Assembly: GCA_049521795.1 (NCBI GenBank)
Contig: JBEKOM010000003.1
Coordinates: forward strand, 1-64,000
DNA length: 64,000 nt
Direction: 5' to 3'
Origin: Candidatus Bathyarchaeia archaeon
GTDB lineage: Archaea; Thermoproteota; Bathyarchaeia; Bathyarchaeales; Bathycorpusculaceae
This document shows positions 8,321 to 19,192 of this stretch, piece after piece. The notes below the pieces were generated by a model. The model saw only the letters and a program-made list of their open reading frames with translations. It ran no database searches and was not told where the DNA came from. Numbering within the stretch: the first letter of the stretch is position 1; every line of letters starts with the position of its first letter. A program made the position numbers and the translations under genes.

Positions 8321-9919
8321 TTATAGCGTGCGCTCGTCGTGTTTGGTGCGGGTTCTTAGGGGTTTTTCGATGATGGCGAGTGGGATTTCCAGTAGTTTGG
8401 ACAGTGGACCTAGGCCTGAGAACATGGTTCGCAGGGTGTTGATGTCTGTTTGGTTGATGGCGCCGACGAGGGGGGCGGCTACAAGGTACGTTATGAGGAA
8501 TAGCGTTGCGCCGCTTACGAGTTGTATCCAGCTGGCCGTGTGCAAAGTGTTCAGTGTGAGGTAGGTGATTGTCGCGGCGATTGCTGAGGCGATGAGGATT
8601 TTTGTGGTCGATTTCAGGTCTGCTATGGTTTCGTAGCGTTTCCATGATATGTACACGCTTATGAGCAGGCTGGGTATCCCGTCGACTATGGAGACGATTA
8701 TGAGACCGGTGATTCCTAACGGTGGGATGAGGAGAAAACACAGTGGGATGCCTAACGCGAGGGTTAGCAGGTTCAGTTTCATCAGCAGTTTTGTTTCTCC
8801 TAATGCGGTGAGTAAGCTTGTTACGCTCAAGTTTCCGAAGATGATTAGCAGGGTGCCTGCGGCGAACAGGGCGAGGAAGGGTGGAGCGAAGGGCCATTTG
8901 TTTCCGTAGAGTGTTTCGATGATGGGTTTGGACAGAAGCATGAGAGCCATCGATGCGGGCACGAGCAGAAGCGCGGCGTATTTGGCTGAGGACGCGAAGA
9001 CCGATTTGAGGAGCTGCTTTTCTTTGTTTGGATGTATTTTTGAGAAGACTGGAAACAGGACGGTTGAAATGGGAACTGAGAAGAAGGCCAGCAAAACGGT
9101 GAAGTTGACTGCGACTTTGTAGTTGCCTATCGTTTCGGTGCCGACGTAGGACGCCATCATGAAAGAATAAAACTGGCCTAGCACTCCGGCCAGGATGGAG
9201 CCGACGGCCAAGGGAACCCCGTACTTCAGCAGCGGCCTCAGCACTTGCGCTAGATTAGGGCTGCTTGACGAGTCTGGATCGAGTTTGTTGAATATAGCAA
9301 AGTAGAGTAGGCAGGCTGAAACAGCGCCTGCTATCGCAGATCCAATGGTTAAGCCGAGCGCGGCGCCCAGCGCGCCATACCCCAGATAAACCAGCAACAC
9401 CGACACTATGCCTTGCGCGGCGGCTTGGCAGATCATCGTGACGCTGCTGAGTTTCATCCGCTCGAAGCCTATGAAGATGCTCTGGGCTGTGGCTAGCACG
9501 GCCGTTGACAGAATGGAAACTGATATGAGGGCTATGAGAAGGGCTGATTCTGGCTTGGCGAAAACAATGGAAGCCAAGAACGGAGCCATCAGCAAGGACG
9601 CGAAAGTGAGCAGGAGGCCTGTCGCAACCTCGAAGATTAATCCGGCCTTTATTATTCTGCGCAGCTCGGCTTCGCTGTTTGCGGCTCTGCACTGAGCAAC
9701 GCCGCGTGTTAGGGCTGCGCCTACGCCCCAGTCCTGAAACAAGAGCACTGCTGAAGCTGGAATCAGCGCGATGGTGTAGAGGCCGTATTCTGTTGGAAGT
9801 ATGAAGAGGCCCAAGATTATGGTTCCAACGGCCGTTACCGCGGTGGCTACTGTCTTGCCGAGGAACAGTTGTACGCTGCCAACGGCTGAAGACTGGCCTA
9901 TTTTCGACGCATTATCCAT
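8321..9919 (-). CDS. Oligosaccharide flippase (Wzx/MOP superfamily)
   Basis: About 14 TM segments with the PTEYGLY...DWGV motif. Terminal gene of the glycan locus. Confidence 0.9.
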   Translation of the reverse strand: MDNASKIGQSSAVGSVQLFLGKTVATAVTAVGTIILGLFILPTEYGLYTIALIPASAVLLFQDWGVGAALTRGVAQCRAANSEAELRRIIKAGLIFEVATGLLLTFASLLMAPFLASIVFAKPESALLIALISVSILSTAVLATAQSIFIGFERMKLSSVTMICQAAAQGIVSVLLVYLGYGALGAALGLTIGSAIAGAVSACLLYFAIFNKLDPDSSSSPNLAQVLRPLLKYGVPLAVGSILAGVLGQFYSFMMASYVGTETIGNYKVAVNFTVLLAFFSVPISTVLFPVFSKIHPNKEKQLLKSVFASSAKYAALLLVPASMALMLLSKPIIETLYGNKWPFAPPFLALFAAGTLLIIFGNLSVTSLLTALGETKLLMKLNLLTLALGIPLCFLLIPPLGITGLIIVSIVDGIPSLLISVYISWKRYETIADLKSTTKILIASAIAATITYLTLNTLHTASWIQLVSGATLFLITYLVAAPLVGAINQTDINTLRTMFSGLGPLSKLLEIPLAIIEKPLRTRTKHDERTL

Positions 9920-10009
9920 GTCTTTCTCGCCCACAACACACTGCATATGAAGACTTGAACGCGTCGGTTTTAGGATGTGAGTAGTTCGTTTTCTGTTGGT
10001 TTGTTGGTT

Positions 10010-11989
10010 CTAGTAGGGTTTCCATTCGAGGTACAGTTCATCGTTTTTAGCGGAGATTTTTTCGTGCAGTATTCCTTTCTGGCGGAATTCCTCCATCTTC
10101 TCTGCGGGGATGTTTTTGGGCTCTTGTTGCTGGTTGGTTGAGTCTTTGAATTTTAGGCGTTTCAGTTCTTCCAGCAGAGTCTTATCTGGTTCGGGGAGTT
10201 CTGCTATTTTTCTTCGGGCTCTCGTTCGCGTCAGAAATTGCTTGGCTATGAGACTTGTTGCCGATAGGATTAGTAGGGCTGTGACTGTTATGGTGAATGC
10301 TTCTTGGTTTTTGTATATGTCGACGACGAAGGTGTTGTTGGGGTTCTTGTATTGGCTCCATGTTTTTTCGAGGTCTTGGCCGAGGGATAGCAGCTGGCTT
10401 GTTGCTTTTTGAATGTTTGTTGTTTGTGTGGTTTGGTTGTTTGAGTTGTCGACGTATTCTAGGAGTGTGACTTTGATGTTGGAGATGGGTGTTGTCTGGT
10501 TTGTTCTTAGGTTGAGGTAGTCGAACCAGTAAAGTAATGTGATTGTTTTGTTGAGGGTTGGAGCGTTCGCGATTATTGTTTCTCCGTTTACGATGTTGTT
10601 GTTTTGGTCGTAGAGGACTACATACGCTGTTTTTTGGATGTTTATTGGGTATGCTTGATAGTTTAGGCATCCTTCCCATGTGTGGAATCTCGATTGGAGA
10701 TCCGAAACCTCGAAAATTAGAAAAACCGGATTGGAGTCATTACCCTTGAGAAGTGCGTAGTCTCCTACAAACTTTAGGCCCAGGGTTGTTTCAGCCTGAG
10801 GCTCTCTGCCCAGAAAAGTGGGTGACCAGCCTGTCAGGTTCGATAATGTGGCCAATTGGCCAGTGGTGGGGTTGAAGTCTATGGCTGTTTTTTCTCCGTT
10901 TATCACTGCGTTGTAGTTTATTGCAGATGCTTGGACGATGAGGTCTGCGCAGAGCACGATGAAGAGCAGAACTATGGCTAGTCGTTTCCAGTTTATGTTG
11001 GTTTTGGGCCACTGGAGAACGTGTCCACACTTACCGCATATTGTTTCTGATTCTCTACAGGCGTCGCATTTAATGTTGGTCTTGTTCTTTGCAAAAGAGA
11101 GCTTGAGTAATTTGGTGCCGAGGTATAGCACGATCATTGTCCCGATGAATGCAAGTAATGTTCCTTCAGTTGCGTGGAAGAATTCAAGTGCCAAGCCTGT
11201 TCCGTAGAAGTGTCCCAAGACAACCATTGTTGATATCCTGAACACGTTGAGAAAATAAGCGGCAGCAACGGAAATCACAGCAAAAAGTGCTTTCTTGATC
11301 AGGGAGCCGGTGGCCAGGTAGCCGAAGACTGCGGCGCAGAACAGGAAAGCTGTCAGGGAGTATATTCCTGAGCAGGCCGCGTTCAGAGAAAACTGTATCG
11401 GCTGTCCCGTGGTTGTGAAAGTGCTCATCACTACGATTGGTTGAGAGGAGATTTCGATTGGAAGAAAAGGTCTGAGAATAAAAGCAACAGAAGTAGCGTC
11501 TGACGCGATTAGGTTTCCTCCGTAGGAATCCATGAAAAGCAGCGGGAACGGACTTAAGAAGGCTGTGAGAGTCACTGGGAAAATCAAGAGCCTGAGCACG
11601 TCAGCGCCCAGGACAAGCATGATTAGGCCCGCGATAAAAATGGGAAGCGAAAGAAGGTGAAGTTGGAGCGGATAGAAGGAGTAGGAACCCGAAACATACA
11701 CAAGAAGCGCAAGCAAACAAAGTGAAACGCCTATCAAATCGTGAAAAAGCGAGTTCTTGCGGGAGATCAAGAATGCTTTTCTGCGTTTGTAGAGGAAGTA
11801 AGCAACGACCAGAGGCACGATGAGAACGTACTGAGTGTCAGGATCCGTTAAGGCAAGGCTGAACACCTGAACGAAGTCCTGAAAGTATGCGACAACTGGA
11901 AACGTGACGAGCAAGAAGAATTTAACGCTGAAAGACAGGATCTCCGGCGACTTTAACAGTGTCTTCCAGTCGTGGTGCATCGTCTTCAT
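10010..11989 (-). CDS. Exosortase/archaeosortase family protein fused to a Zn-ribbon and an EpsI-like extracellular domain
   Basis: Multi-TM N-half with catalytic triad motifs AACSG (Cys), NVFRI (Arg) and EFFH (His). CDAC...CGKC insert. FHTWEGC motif in the C-terminal soluble domain. Confidence 0.85.
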   Translation of the reverse strand: MKTMHHDWKTLLKSPEILSFSVKFFLLVTFPVVAYFQDFVQVFSLALTDPDTQYVLIVPLVVAYFLYKRRKAFLISRKNSLFHDLIGVSLCLLALLVYVSGSYSFYPLQLHLLSLPIFIAGLIMLVLGADVLRLLIFPVTLTAFLSPFPLLFMDSYGGNLIASDATSVAFILRPFLPIEISSQPIVVMSTFTTTGQPIQFSLNAACSGIYSLTAFLFCAAVFGYLATGSLIKKALFAVISVAAAYFLNVFRISTMVVLGHFYGTGLALEFFHATEGTLLAFIGTMIVLYLGTKLLKLSFAKNKTNIKCDACRESETICGKCGHVLQWPKTNINWKRLAIVLLFIVLCADLIVQASAINYNAVINGEKTAIDFNPTTGQLATLSNLTGWSPTFLGREPQAETTLGLKFVGDYALLKGNDSNPVFLIFEVSDLQSRFHTWEGCLNYQAYPINIQKTAYVVLYDQNNNIVNGETIIANAPTLNKTITLLYWFDYLNLRTNQTTPISNIKVTLLEYVDNSNNQTTQTTNIQKATSQLLSLGQDLEKTWSQYKNPNNTFVVDIYKNQEAFTITVTALLILSATSLIAKQFLTRTRARRKIAELPEPDKTLLEELKRLKFKDSTNQQQEPKNIPAEKMEEFRQKGILHEKISAKNDELYLEWKPY

Positions 11990-12139
11990 CTTTTTTTCCC
12001 TTGACCATCGAACTTTACTTGATTCACCCTGAGAGCGAGTGCTTTCTTGGACGCTCAGTTAACAATATTTATTAAGTCTTGCTATATCATAAATGGGCAA
12101 AGCTTGTTAAGCCTTGACATGTCATAAAGGGAAAATACC

Positions 12140-14980
12140 GTGCCAAGTCCACTCTTTTCGGCTATTCTGGCGCTAAGCATTTTGACATTATCCATCCTTG
12201 CGAATGTGTATGCAAATTCTCAGCAGACACCTCTAGCCGTTCCCTCAAATGGAATGATTACACATGCGAACCCTATCTCGCTCACGGTGATTCTCAGACA
12301 ATTATGGACTGCTGACATTGGGACCCACAACATCAATGGGTGGGTCGACAGCTACGTTTTGAATCACGGCTATGCCACAGCGGTCTGTCTTGTTGACATG
12401 CATCAGTATGGAATCTGGTGGTACGGATACAGCTTCAGCAAAACCAATGGAACATGGATGGGCTTGACTTTTGCTCAGTTAAAGAGTGTGATTGACCGTT
12501 TCCATTATCATGGATGGAAAGTTGGATTAAGCAGCACAGCCATTGCCTGGACTGGTCAAGAAGAGTACAATTACATAACAACTCTGCATCCGGAACTCGC
12601 CTTCACAGATGCTAATGGAATGCGGGCTTGTGGAGTTAGTAATGCAACACTTATGGAGAAGAATCCGGGATACAACTGTGTCATTCCCGATCCTTTTGCA
12701 GAATTTACGACGCCTGACCCAGTCAATAACATAACTGCTGGAACACGTCTAGTAGACCTTTATACGGCGCGCTTAACCCAGATGATCAAAGATGGGCTTC
12801 AATGGGATTTCTGGTTCGGAACTGACGGCTGGAACGGGTACAATGTCCAAGGCTATTCGTGGGAAAACTCCAATCCTTCCTATTGTTACAGCTTTAGCCC
12901 TAACGAAATAGACGCTTTTGCGAGCGCAACAAATCTTAATCCAACCTACGCAGTTTTAGGAGAAAATCAGGGTGGACTGGGCAATCTTAACTACATTTTT
13001 GGTAGCGGCGAACTGGCAACACATTGGACTGCCTATGCTAATGGCTCTATAAACAGTCTTGAAGGGTATCTAGAAAACAACGGTGGGACAACGACTGTTA
13101 GGTTGGCGATTTATGATGGAACAAGCACGCAGGCGGCCAGCTTACTGGGTGTGAGCAATCCAGTTCAAGTCAATGCGACGGCAGAATGGCGCACGTGGAC
13201 GTTCAACTCAAGCATAGCAATAACGGCGGGTGAAGATTATTGGTTTGCAGTTCTCAGCAGTGGCAACCTTGGAGTATATAACCGATACACCCAGAATACT
13301 TTGGGTGGTAGTAGCACCTTTGTCAGTGGTTTTTCCACACTTTTTGGTCCTATGAATTCTCTTGCCACTTTTGCAGGTAAGGCCATGGAGATTTATGCAA
13401 ACTACACTATAGTGCCATCGTTATGGAACAGTTGGACAAGCCAGCAGAAGGCTGCGTACATCTTGTCTGCTTGTTTGCCTCAATGGGATTTCTACTGGCA
13501 GAACCGATTCGCTCAGATGTACGCACAGATAAAGCATGCTTTCATTGAGGCTGGTGAATCCCCTAACGTGTTTCATCTTATAGGCTCAGCGGATGACTCT
13601 TCTGAACCAAATGGGGGCGGAAACCTTGCCGCTGCGGGAATGTATAACATGTCATTGCTGGCGCAGTACAAAGCAGTAGATTATGTTTACGTTGACCAGG
13701 AATTTCCATCTAACATAGGGGCGACCTATGGTTTGGCACGGGAACAAGCTTACGTTGGCGCGCTGGTTAAGATGCAAGATCCGAGCTTAGATCCTATCAT
13801 AGGTTTGCAACCTGTTGATTACTTAGGGAATTCATATCCGTTATGGGAGGTCGAGCAGTCTTATTTGGCTCAGGCAGTGAATTACGTGTGGTATGGCGGA
13901 GTGCGGCACAGAGTTTCGGCTCCAAACGTGATAATGCTCCAGTATCCAAATGCCACTGGGTGGGCAGGATGGACACAGCAAGAAATGACCGAGTTGATCG
14001 GTTTTATCAACACCACGTCAGCTTTGCTTTCTGATGCTCAGCCTGTTTGGCTGGGTCCAACGTATGCATTGCCCAGCAGTTATTCGCCAATGGCTTGGTA
14101 TGGTCTAAATTACACCATTGCTCAATGGGCGTGGACGGCGAACCTTGCAAATAGCCCTCAAAACGTTAACCAAGCCATGGGAACGATTTTGATAGATCAA
14201 ATGCTGTACAGGAACGGACCTCAACTGACGGGGTTATACGATACAGTGGTCAATCATTTATGGGCTAATGGCAAACTTAACTTATGGTTCTATGAGGATG
14301 TCCAAGGCGTAGGAATATCCGCAGTTTTGGGAGGAAACGAGTTACAAGCTGAAAGCACTTTCCATATATACTCATCAGCTGGAGGCTCAACAAGTTTCAC
14401 CGTGCTTAGCAGCGTAGACTCAACTGCTGAATGGATCGCTTCCGGATATGCAGGACAAAGCTACACCGTTCCCAGCGGATACAAAGGCGTTTATGCACCT
14501 AGCCTTGGCTTCACGTCTATCGCAGGTTTCACTTCGGATACGCCAAATACGATTGCTGCGGGTTACTACAAAAACTCAGCAACAGGCAACTTCCTACTCA
14601 CGGATATTCCAAGTGGCTCGTACTGCAACACACTGCTTTTGCCAAGAGACATGATCAACAAAATGCTCTACTGGGTCTCTGCCTGCCCAATAAACAGCTC
14701 ACAATCGTTATTAGACCTAAAAATTCTCGAACTCAGCAATGGAACAATTATTATTCCAATGACTAACCAAAGAGATGTTGGCAACACTGCAGGACCAGAT
14801 ACAGGTTGGAGCATCACCGCAACGCTGAACATTAATGCTCGTGCACTCGGCTTAGGCAGTCCTTCAAACTACAAAGTTTACTGGGATTCCTCAGGCAACC
14901 ATGTGATAGTGACAAACTGGGATAGTGTTCCCATAACGCTTAACGGGATGTCTGATTCGCTAGTGATTGTGCCTTCATAG
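12140..14980 (+). CDS. Large secreted protein, possible glycoside hydrolase-like catalytic domain with inserted beta-sandwich
   Basis: 946 aa with signal peptide, Trp/Tyr-rich, internal VRLAIYD...W..TF...GEDYWFAV module. Located in the glycan locus. Confidence 0.6.
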   Translation: MPSPLFSAILALSILTLSILANVYANSQQTPLAVPSNGMITHANPISLTVILRQLWTADIGTHNINGWVDSYVLNHGYATAVCLVDMHQYGIWWYGYSFSKTNGTWMGLTFAQLKSVIDRFHYHGWKVGLSSTAIAWTGQEEYNYITTLHPELAFTDANGMRACGVSNATLMEKNPGYNCVIPDPFAEFTTPDPVNNITAGTRLVDLYTARLTQMIKDGLQWDFWFGTDGWNGYNVQGYSWENSNPSYCYSFSPNEIDAFASATNLNPTYAVLGENQGGLGNLNYIFGSGELATHWTAYANGSINSLEGYLENNGGTTTVRLAIYDGTSTQAASLLGVSNPVQVNATAEWRTWTFNSSIAITAGEDYWFAVLSSGNLGVYNRYTQNTLGGSSTFVSGFSTLFGPMNSLATFAGKAMEIYANYTIVPSLWNSWTSQQKAAYILSACLPQWDFYWQNRFAQMYAQIKHAFIEAGESPNVFHLIGSADDSSEPNGGGNLAAAGMYNMSLLAQYKAVDYVYVDQEFPSNIGATYGLAREQAYVGALVKMQDPSLDPIIGLQPVDYLGNSYPLWEVEQSYLAQAVNYVWYGGVRHRVSAPNVIMLQYPNATGWAGWTQQEMTELIGFINTTSALLSDAQPVWLGPTYALPSSYSPMAWYGLNYTIAQWAWTANLANSPQNVNQAMGTILIDQMLYRNGPQLTGLYDTVVNHLWANGKLNLWFYEDVQGVGISAVLGGNELQAESTFHIYSSAGGSTSFTVLSSVDSTAEWIASGYAGQSYTVPSGYKGVYAPSLGFTSIAGFTSDTPNTIAAGYYKNSATGNFLLTDIPSGSYCNTLLLPRDMINKMLYWVSACPINSSQSLLDLKILELSNGTIIIPMTNQRDVGNTAGPDTGWSITATLNINARALGLGSPSNYKVYWDSSGNHVIVTNWDSVPITLNGMSDSLVIVPS

Positions 14981-15024
14981 CAATTCGCGTGCTAACTTCT
15001 CAGCTAAGTCATCATGTAAAGGGA

Positions 15025-15648
15025 TCAAGCCCCAACTGGTTTGTTTTTGTGAGCAACTAGAAACTTTGCTAGCTGAGGTAGAAACCATGCAGGGAAAAGC
15101 AAAAAGTCAACGGCACCCATAACATTCCAAAGTCCAAGCGTTGATGGCAATTTGAAACCTATCCCATTGACCTCGTAGCCTCTTTTTCTAAAATCTTTTA
15201 CATTCCACTTTGAATGATGAGTTTCCCACTTGTTCTTTTGATGATTTTCATATTCGATTGGATTATCGAAATAAACGTTGGGAGTGGTTACGATGATTCT
15301 GCCACTGCAGGCTCTCTCCAATTCGTCGAGAAAATCTTCCCCGTCCTCTTTATTCATGTGTTCAATGATTTCGCATGCAAGAATCAGTTCGAGACCGTTA
15401 TTCTTGAAAGGCAACTTACTAGCGTCTGCAAGTATGAGATCATCATACGCGCCGTACTTTTTGCAATATTTCAAGTTTGGGAGGAAAATGTCCAAACCAA
15501 CCAAATATGCATTTTTCATTTCTCTTCGGTGACAACGGATAATACCTCCCCACTTTCCAATGCCACACCCACAATCCAAAGTAGCTTGAGGTGTAGCATA
15601 AGGAATATTGGACGTAACAAGTGGAATAAGCTGAGTGGGCGATGACAA
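15025..15648 (-). CDS. Class I SAM-dependent methyltransferase
   Basis: LDCGCGIG motif I, ADASKLPF, EIIEH. Confidence 0.85.
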   Translation of the reverse strand: MSSPTQLIPLVTSNIPYATPQATLDCGCGIGKWGGIIRCHRREMKNAYLVGLDIFLPNLKYCKKYGAYDDLILADASKLPFKNNGLELILACEIIEHMNKEDGEDFLDELERACSGRIIVTTPNVYFDNPIEYENHQKNKWETHHSKWNVKDFRKRGYEVNGIGFKLPSTLGLWNVMGAVDFLLFPAWFLPQLAKFLVAHKNKPVGA

Positions 15649-15746
15649 ACGAATCTTCTCCTCATATTTGGAAGAATTTTCAAGTTCAAAGGACGTGCAC
15701 TTACAATTAATAAGAGTGGAAGGTCGTCGATCTAGCCATCGCGCGT

Positions 15747-17210
15747 CTAGCCGAGCACACGTCTTTGAATTTGCGAATCGTATCTGTAGATCCCGGTTGT
15801 GACAACAACAAGCACGATGATAAGCATGAGTATCATCTTCTTTCTCGAAGGATTGCCTCTGCTGACCTTTATGAGTGTTTGACTCGCGATGGGATACAGG
15901 CCGACGCAGAGTATTTCAAGAATTCTAGGGGCCTGAATCACTGGAGCAGCAAACCCCGCCAGAAAAAGGATGGACACAAAGACAAAACCCACAGAATATA
16001 CAAATGGCATGCTAGCAGATTCTGTTGCTCGCGTCTCTCTGAACTTCTTCCGTAGCTTTGTTAAATCCCATGGATTCTGAATCTGCATCGTCCTTAGGAA
16101 ACTGTATATGAAGAGAGCCAAAATGAAGATTGGGTAGATGACAAAGGTCACGTTGTTCAGTAGGCCTGCTCCTTGCGACAGTCCAGTGACACTTGAGAAA
16201 CCACTGAAGTAGACATAAACATTGAAGAAAGATGGGTACACAAGCGTGCCGTACGCAAACCAGAGACTGTAGGTGCAGATTGCCAACAGAAACAGCGAAA
16301 GAGCCTTACCTTTGATTTGAGGTGGTTTGAAGTACCAGACGGAAAAGGAAAGTCCGAACAAGGTCATGATGAGATACAAGGTACTCAAATGATGAGAAAG
16401 GATCAGAACAAAGATACTTAGCAAAACAGGTGACAAAGCTTTAACGCTCCATTCACCCTTCTTGGCGAACCCGACAGAAAGATACAGAGATACAAAATAG
16501 AAAAGGGACCCAACCAAATCAGGACTATAGTGCACAGTTACCCAATAGCCCAAAGACGAAAAAGAGAACAAAAAAGTCGACGCAGCGGCATATCTCTTGT
16601 CTTCAGGAATGAGTTCCTTTACCAACAGGTACAAAACTACAATTTCAAATGCGTAGATGAAAAATGGCGCAATTCTGAAGAATGTGTCTACCGGAACTCC
16701 GAGTTTCACGATAGTAAAGGCGATCAGAAAAGACATTGGAAAGTTGTGCTGATATTGACCTTGTACACCGAAGTTTACTCCAGAAGTAACCCATGCATTG
16801 ACTACATTCATGTAATTTGTAGCATCCGGCTCGTAAGCGGGAATAGAAGTGAAAGTTACAGGGAAGACCATTCTAAAACCAATTATGAGCAATATCGACG
16901 AAAAGACCAGCAACACCCTGAACCGGTAGTCTTCTAAGTATCGAATTATGAAAACCATAATACCAGCAAGAGTCATGATTCCAATCCAGTATGGCCACGG
17001 AATTATGGTAAAAACAAAAAATGCTCCTGATCCCATCTGTTGAATTTTGATAGGCAGAATTGAGGCGAACGCTATGACAAGCGCGAGAATAGCAATCAAT
17101 CCGATGAAAATCGGACTGCATACGATCTTCCTCACAGAAAAGTCCAAGTAAACGTCGCTTCCTATCCATTCACAATTCCAGTATTGAATATTTCTAGATC
17201 GCATTGTCAA
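15747..17210 (-). CDS. Polytopic membrane protein (Wzy-like or GT-C-like)
   Basis: About 12 TM segments, YEPDA loop and SHHLS motif, inside the glycosyltransferase operon. Confidence 0.6.
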   Translation of the reverse strand: MTMRSRNIQYWNCEWIGSDVYLDFSVRKIVCSPIFIGLIAILALVIAFASILPIKIQQMGSGAFFVFTIIPWPYWIGIMTLAGIMVFIIRYLEDYRFRVLLVFSSILLIIGFRMVFPVTFTSIPAYEPDATNYMNVVNAWVTSGVNFGVQGQYQHNFPMSFLIAFTIVKLGVPVDTFFRIAPFFIYAFEIVVLYLLVKELIPEDKRYAAASTFLFSFSSLGYWVTVHYSPDLVGSLFYFVSLYLSVGFAKKGEWSVKALSPVLLSIFVLILSHHLSTLYLIMTLFGLSFSVWYFKPPQIKGKALSLFLLAICTYSLWFAYGTLVYPSFFNVYVYFSGFSSVTGLSQGAGLLNNVTFVIYPIFILALFIYSFLRTMQIQNPWDLTKLRKKFRETRATESASMPFVYSVGFVFVSILFLAGFAAPVIQAPRILEILCVGLYPIASQTLIKVSRGNPSRKKMILMLIIVLVVVTTGIYRYDSQIQRRVLG

Positions 17211-17238
17211 CGTGCCATGAAGTTGCGCACGTTAAAAA

Positions 17239-18339
17239 TTAGCGATTCTGCAAAGTTCGCTTGTAAATTTGGAGAGTCAGTTCTACGGTCTTGTCCCAAC
17301 TGAAATTCTCTGTTACAAATTTCCTGAGCCCACTGAACTTAGGTCTGTCCAGCGCATATTTTATTGCAATGGCTAAACTTGAAGGAGTAAAATCATCGAC
17401 TACGACTCCTAGGTCGTTTTTCTTTACGACTTCGGATATGCCTGTAGGAGTCATTATAACTGGCTTTTCGCAGGCTAATGCTTCTAAAACTGTCATGCCA
17501 AATCCTTCTTTGTACGAGGGCTGAACGACATAGTCTGCCATGTTGTAAAGTTCAAGTAAACGTTCACGTGAAACGCTCCCCATAAAAGTTACGTATTCTT
17601 TAAGGTTCAAATTCGCCGTAAGTTCTTGCAAGTGGTTTTTCTCACTACCAACTCCAACGATTAAGAGATGCACATCAGCTCTCTCGTTCACGACTAGTTT
17701 CAGCGCCCGAATCAAGGAACTGACGTTCTTTCTTTTTATTAATCCCCCGACATATAGCAGATAGATTTCGCCGTTCCGTTGGAAATAGCTACTTACTTCT
17801 CCGAGCGGCAATGGCCTAAAGAAATCCACGTCCACTCCGTGAGGTATAACCTCGATCACTGAACTTGGGATCGAATATGTGCGGATCAACTCCTCTTTTG
17901 CAACAGAACTTACCGCGATTATAGAATCAGCTTTCCTTATTCCTTTAAGAGTTAGCAGTTCTCTATAAAATGATAAGTAATATTGCGAAGCGCGCATATA
18001 TTTGCGGTCGTCAATGTTGGCGTGGTGCCAAGTTTCGATGAACGGCGAGAAATTGGTAAAGCCTAGAACTCCGTTGTCGTGAATTAGATCTGCGTTGAGT
18101 CTTCCTACAGTCGAACTAGCTCTGAGAGCAAATAGGCAAACTCTCACAATCGGAATGTCTATCGAGCCGATTTTTCGAACGACTAATCCTGTCTTGTCCT
18201 TGACTGTTGCCGTGCTCGGTACGATAAGCACCACGTCGATGTACTTCGAAATCCGCTCAACAAGCTCCTTGATGTAGTAAGCTGGACCATTATAGGTCGG
18301 GGGGGCTTCCCACGTCCCTATAGCAACCTTCATGTCCAT
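17239..18339 (-). CDS. Glycosyltransferase family 4
   Basis: IPHGVD, YVGGLIKRKN, EGFGMTVLEA (EX7E). Confidence 0.93.
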   Translation of the reverse strand: MDMKVAIGTWEAPPTYNGPAYYIKELVERISKYIDVVLIVPSTATVKDKTGLVVRKIGSIDIPIVRVCLFALRASSTVGRLNADLIHDNGVLGFTNFSPFIETWHHANIDDRKYMRASQYYLSFYRELLTLKGIRKADSIIAVSSVAKEELIRTYSIPSSVIEVIPHGVDVDFFRPLPLGEVSSYFQRNGEIYLLYVGGLIKRKNVSSLIRALKLVVNERADVHLLIVGVGSEKNHLQELTANLNLKEYVTFMGSVSRERLLELYNMADYVVQPSYKEGFGMTVLEALACEKPVIMTPTGISEVVKKNDLGVVVDDFTPSSLAIAIKYALDRPKFSGLRKFVTENFSWDKTVELTLQIYKRTLQNR

Positions 18340-18523
18340 TGATAATCAACCTCAGTAGCGCGCGCTCTAATTTGTCCGTATAAGTTCAAAATTGTCACTT
18401 AGCAGTTCCATTAAGTTAGCGGATATCCGCGCAGCAAAGCCTAACTGAAACAGGCAAAGGCACCATCTTCTCTTTTGAAGGATTACCACTACCGACATGT
18501 TTGCCACGCGCTTCTTGCCAAAA

Positions 18524-19168
18524 TCATAAGTTGTCAATCGATCGTTTTGGTCTTAACAGGAATAATCTACTCCAATAATTTTCAAGAATAGTATAGGAAG
18601 ACATAACCTGAAAATATTGGTTCAATCCCTCAAGGACTCTTTTGAGTGCGTATCCCTTCATGCCAATCTCCCAGTAATGCTCATTACTTATGCGTACTGA
18701 AGAGCTTGGGTATCCAGTACTAATGAATAGGTCGAACCTATTTAAAAGAGGCAACTTAACTGACAGATTCACACAAGCAATTTGCTGAGGCAAAGTTAAA
18801 ACGGCCCAGTTTCCGCAAACGTTACGGATCTGCTTCAGTGCCTCATGAAAATCTTCGAACTTCAAGTGTTCCAAAACCTCAGCGCACAACACAGTATCAA
18901 AAACCTTGCCACAACAAACTTGCGTTAACGCGGTTACGGAGCTTACATAATCGGGCATGAGATCTGGATCAATATCAACAGTGGTGACATTGATTCCCCT
19001 TTTCTTCAGGTATACGCTAACTGTACCGTTTCCAATTCCAACTTCCAGAACGGTTCTGGGGTTTGTTTTCAAAACCTCTTGAATTTGATACCAATAATTC
19101 ATCCATCTGCCCTTATAATCGTATCCTTCATAATAATGTCCCTTGGGAACTTGAGGTTCATACTTCAA
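18524..19168 (-). CDS. Class I SAM-dependent methyltransferase
   Basis: VLEVGIGNG, FDTVLCAEVLEH, EHYWEIG. Confidence 0.88.
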   Translation of the reverse strand: MKYEPQVPKGHYYEGYDYKGRWMNYWYQIQEVLKTNPRTVLEVGIGNGTVSVYLKKRGINVTTVDIDPDLMPDYVSSVTALTQVCCGKVFDTVLCAEVLEHLKFEDFHEALKQIRNVCGNWAVLTLPQQIACVNLSVKLPLLNRFDLFISTGYPSSSVRISNEHYWEIGMKGYALKRVLEGLNQYFQVMSSYTILENYWSRLFLLRPKRSIDNL

Positions 19169-19192
19169 AGATGCTCACCGAAATGCAGTTTA

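Noticed and set aside
8214-9695. Long alternative-frame and antisense ORFs over the flippase (also over terL, the exosortase, the giant adhesin and EF-2p)
   Set aside because: Shadow ORFs caused by codon bias of the real genes. They have no motifs and Arg/Pro/His-skewed composition.
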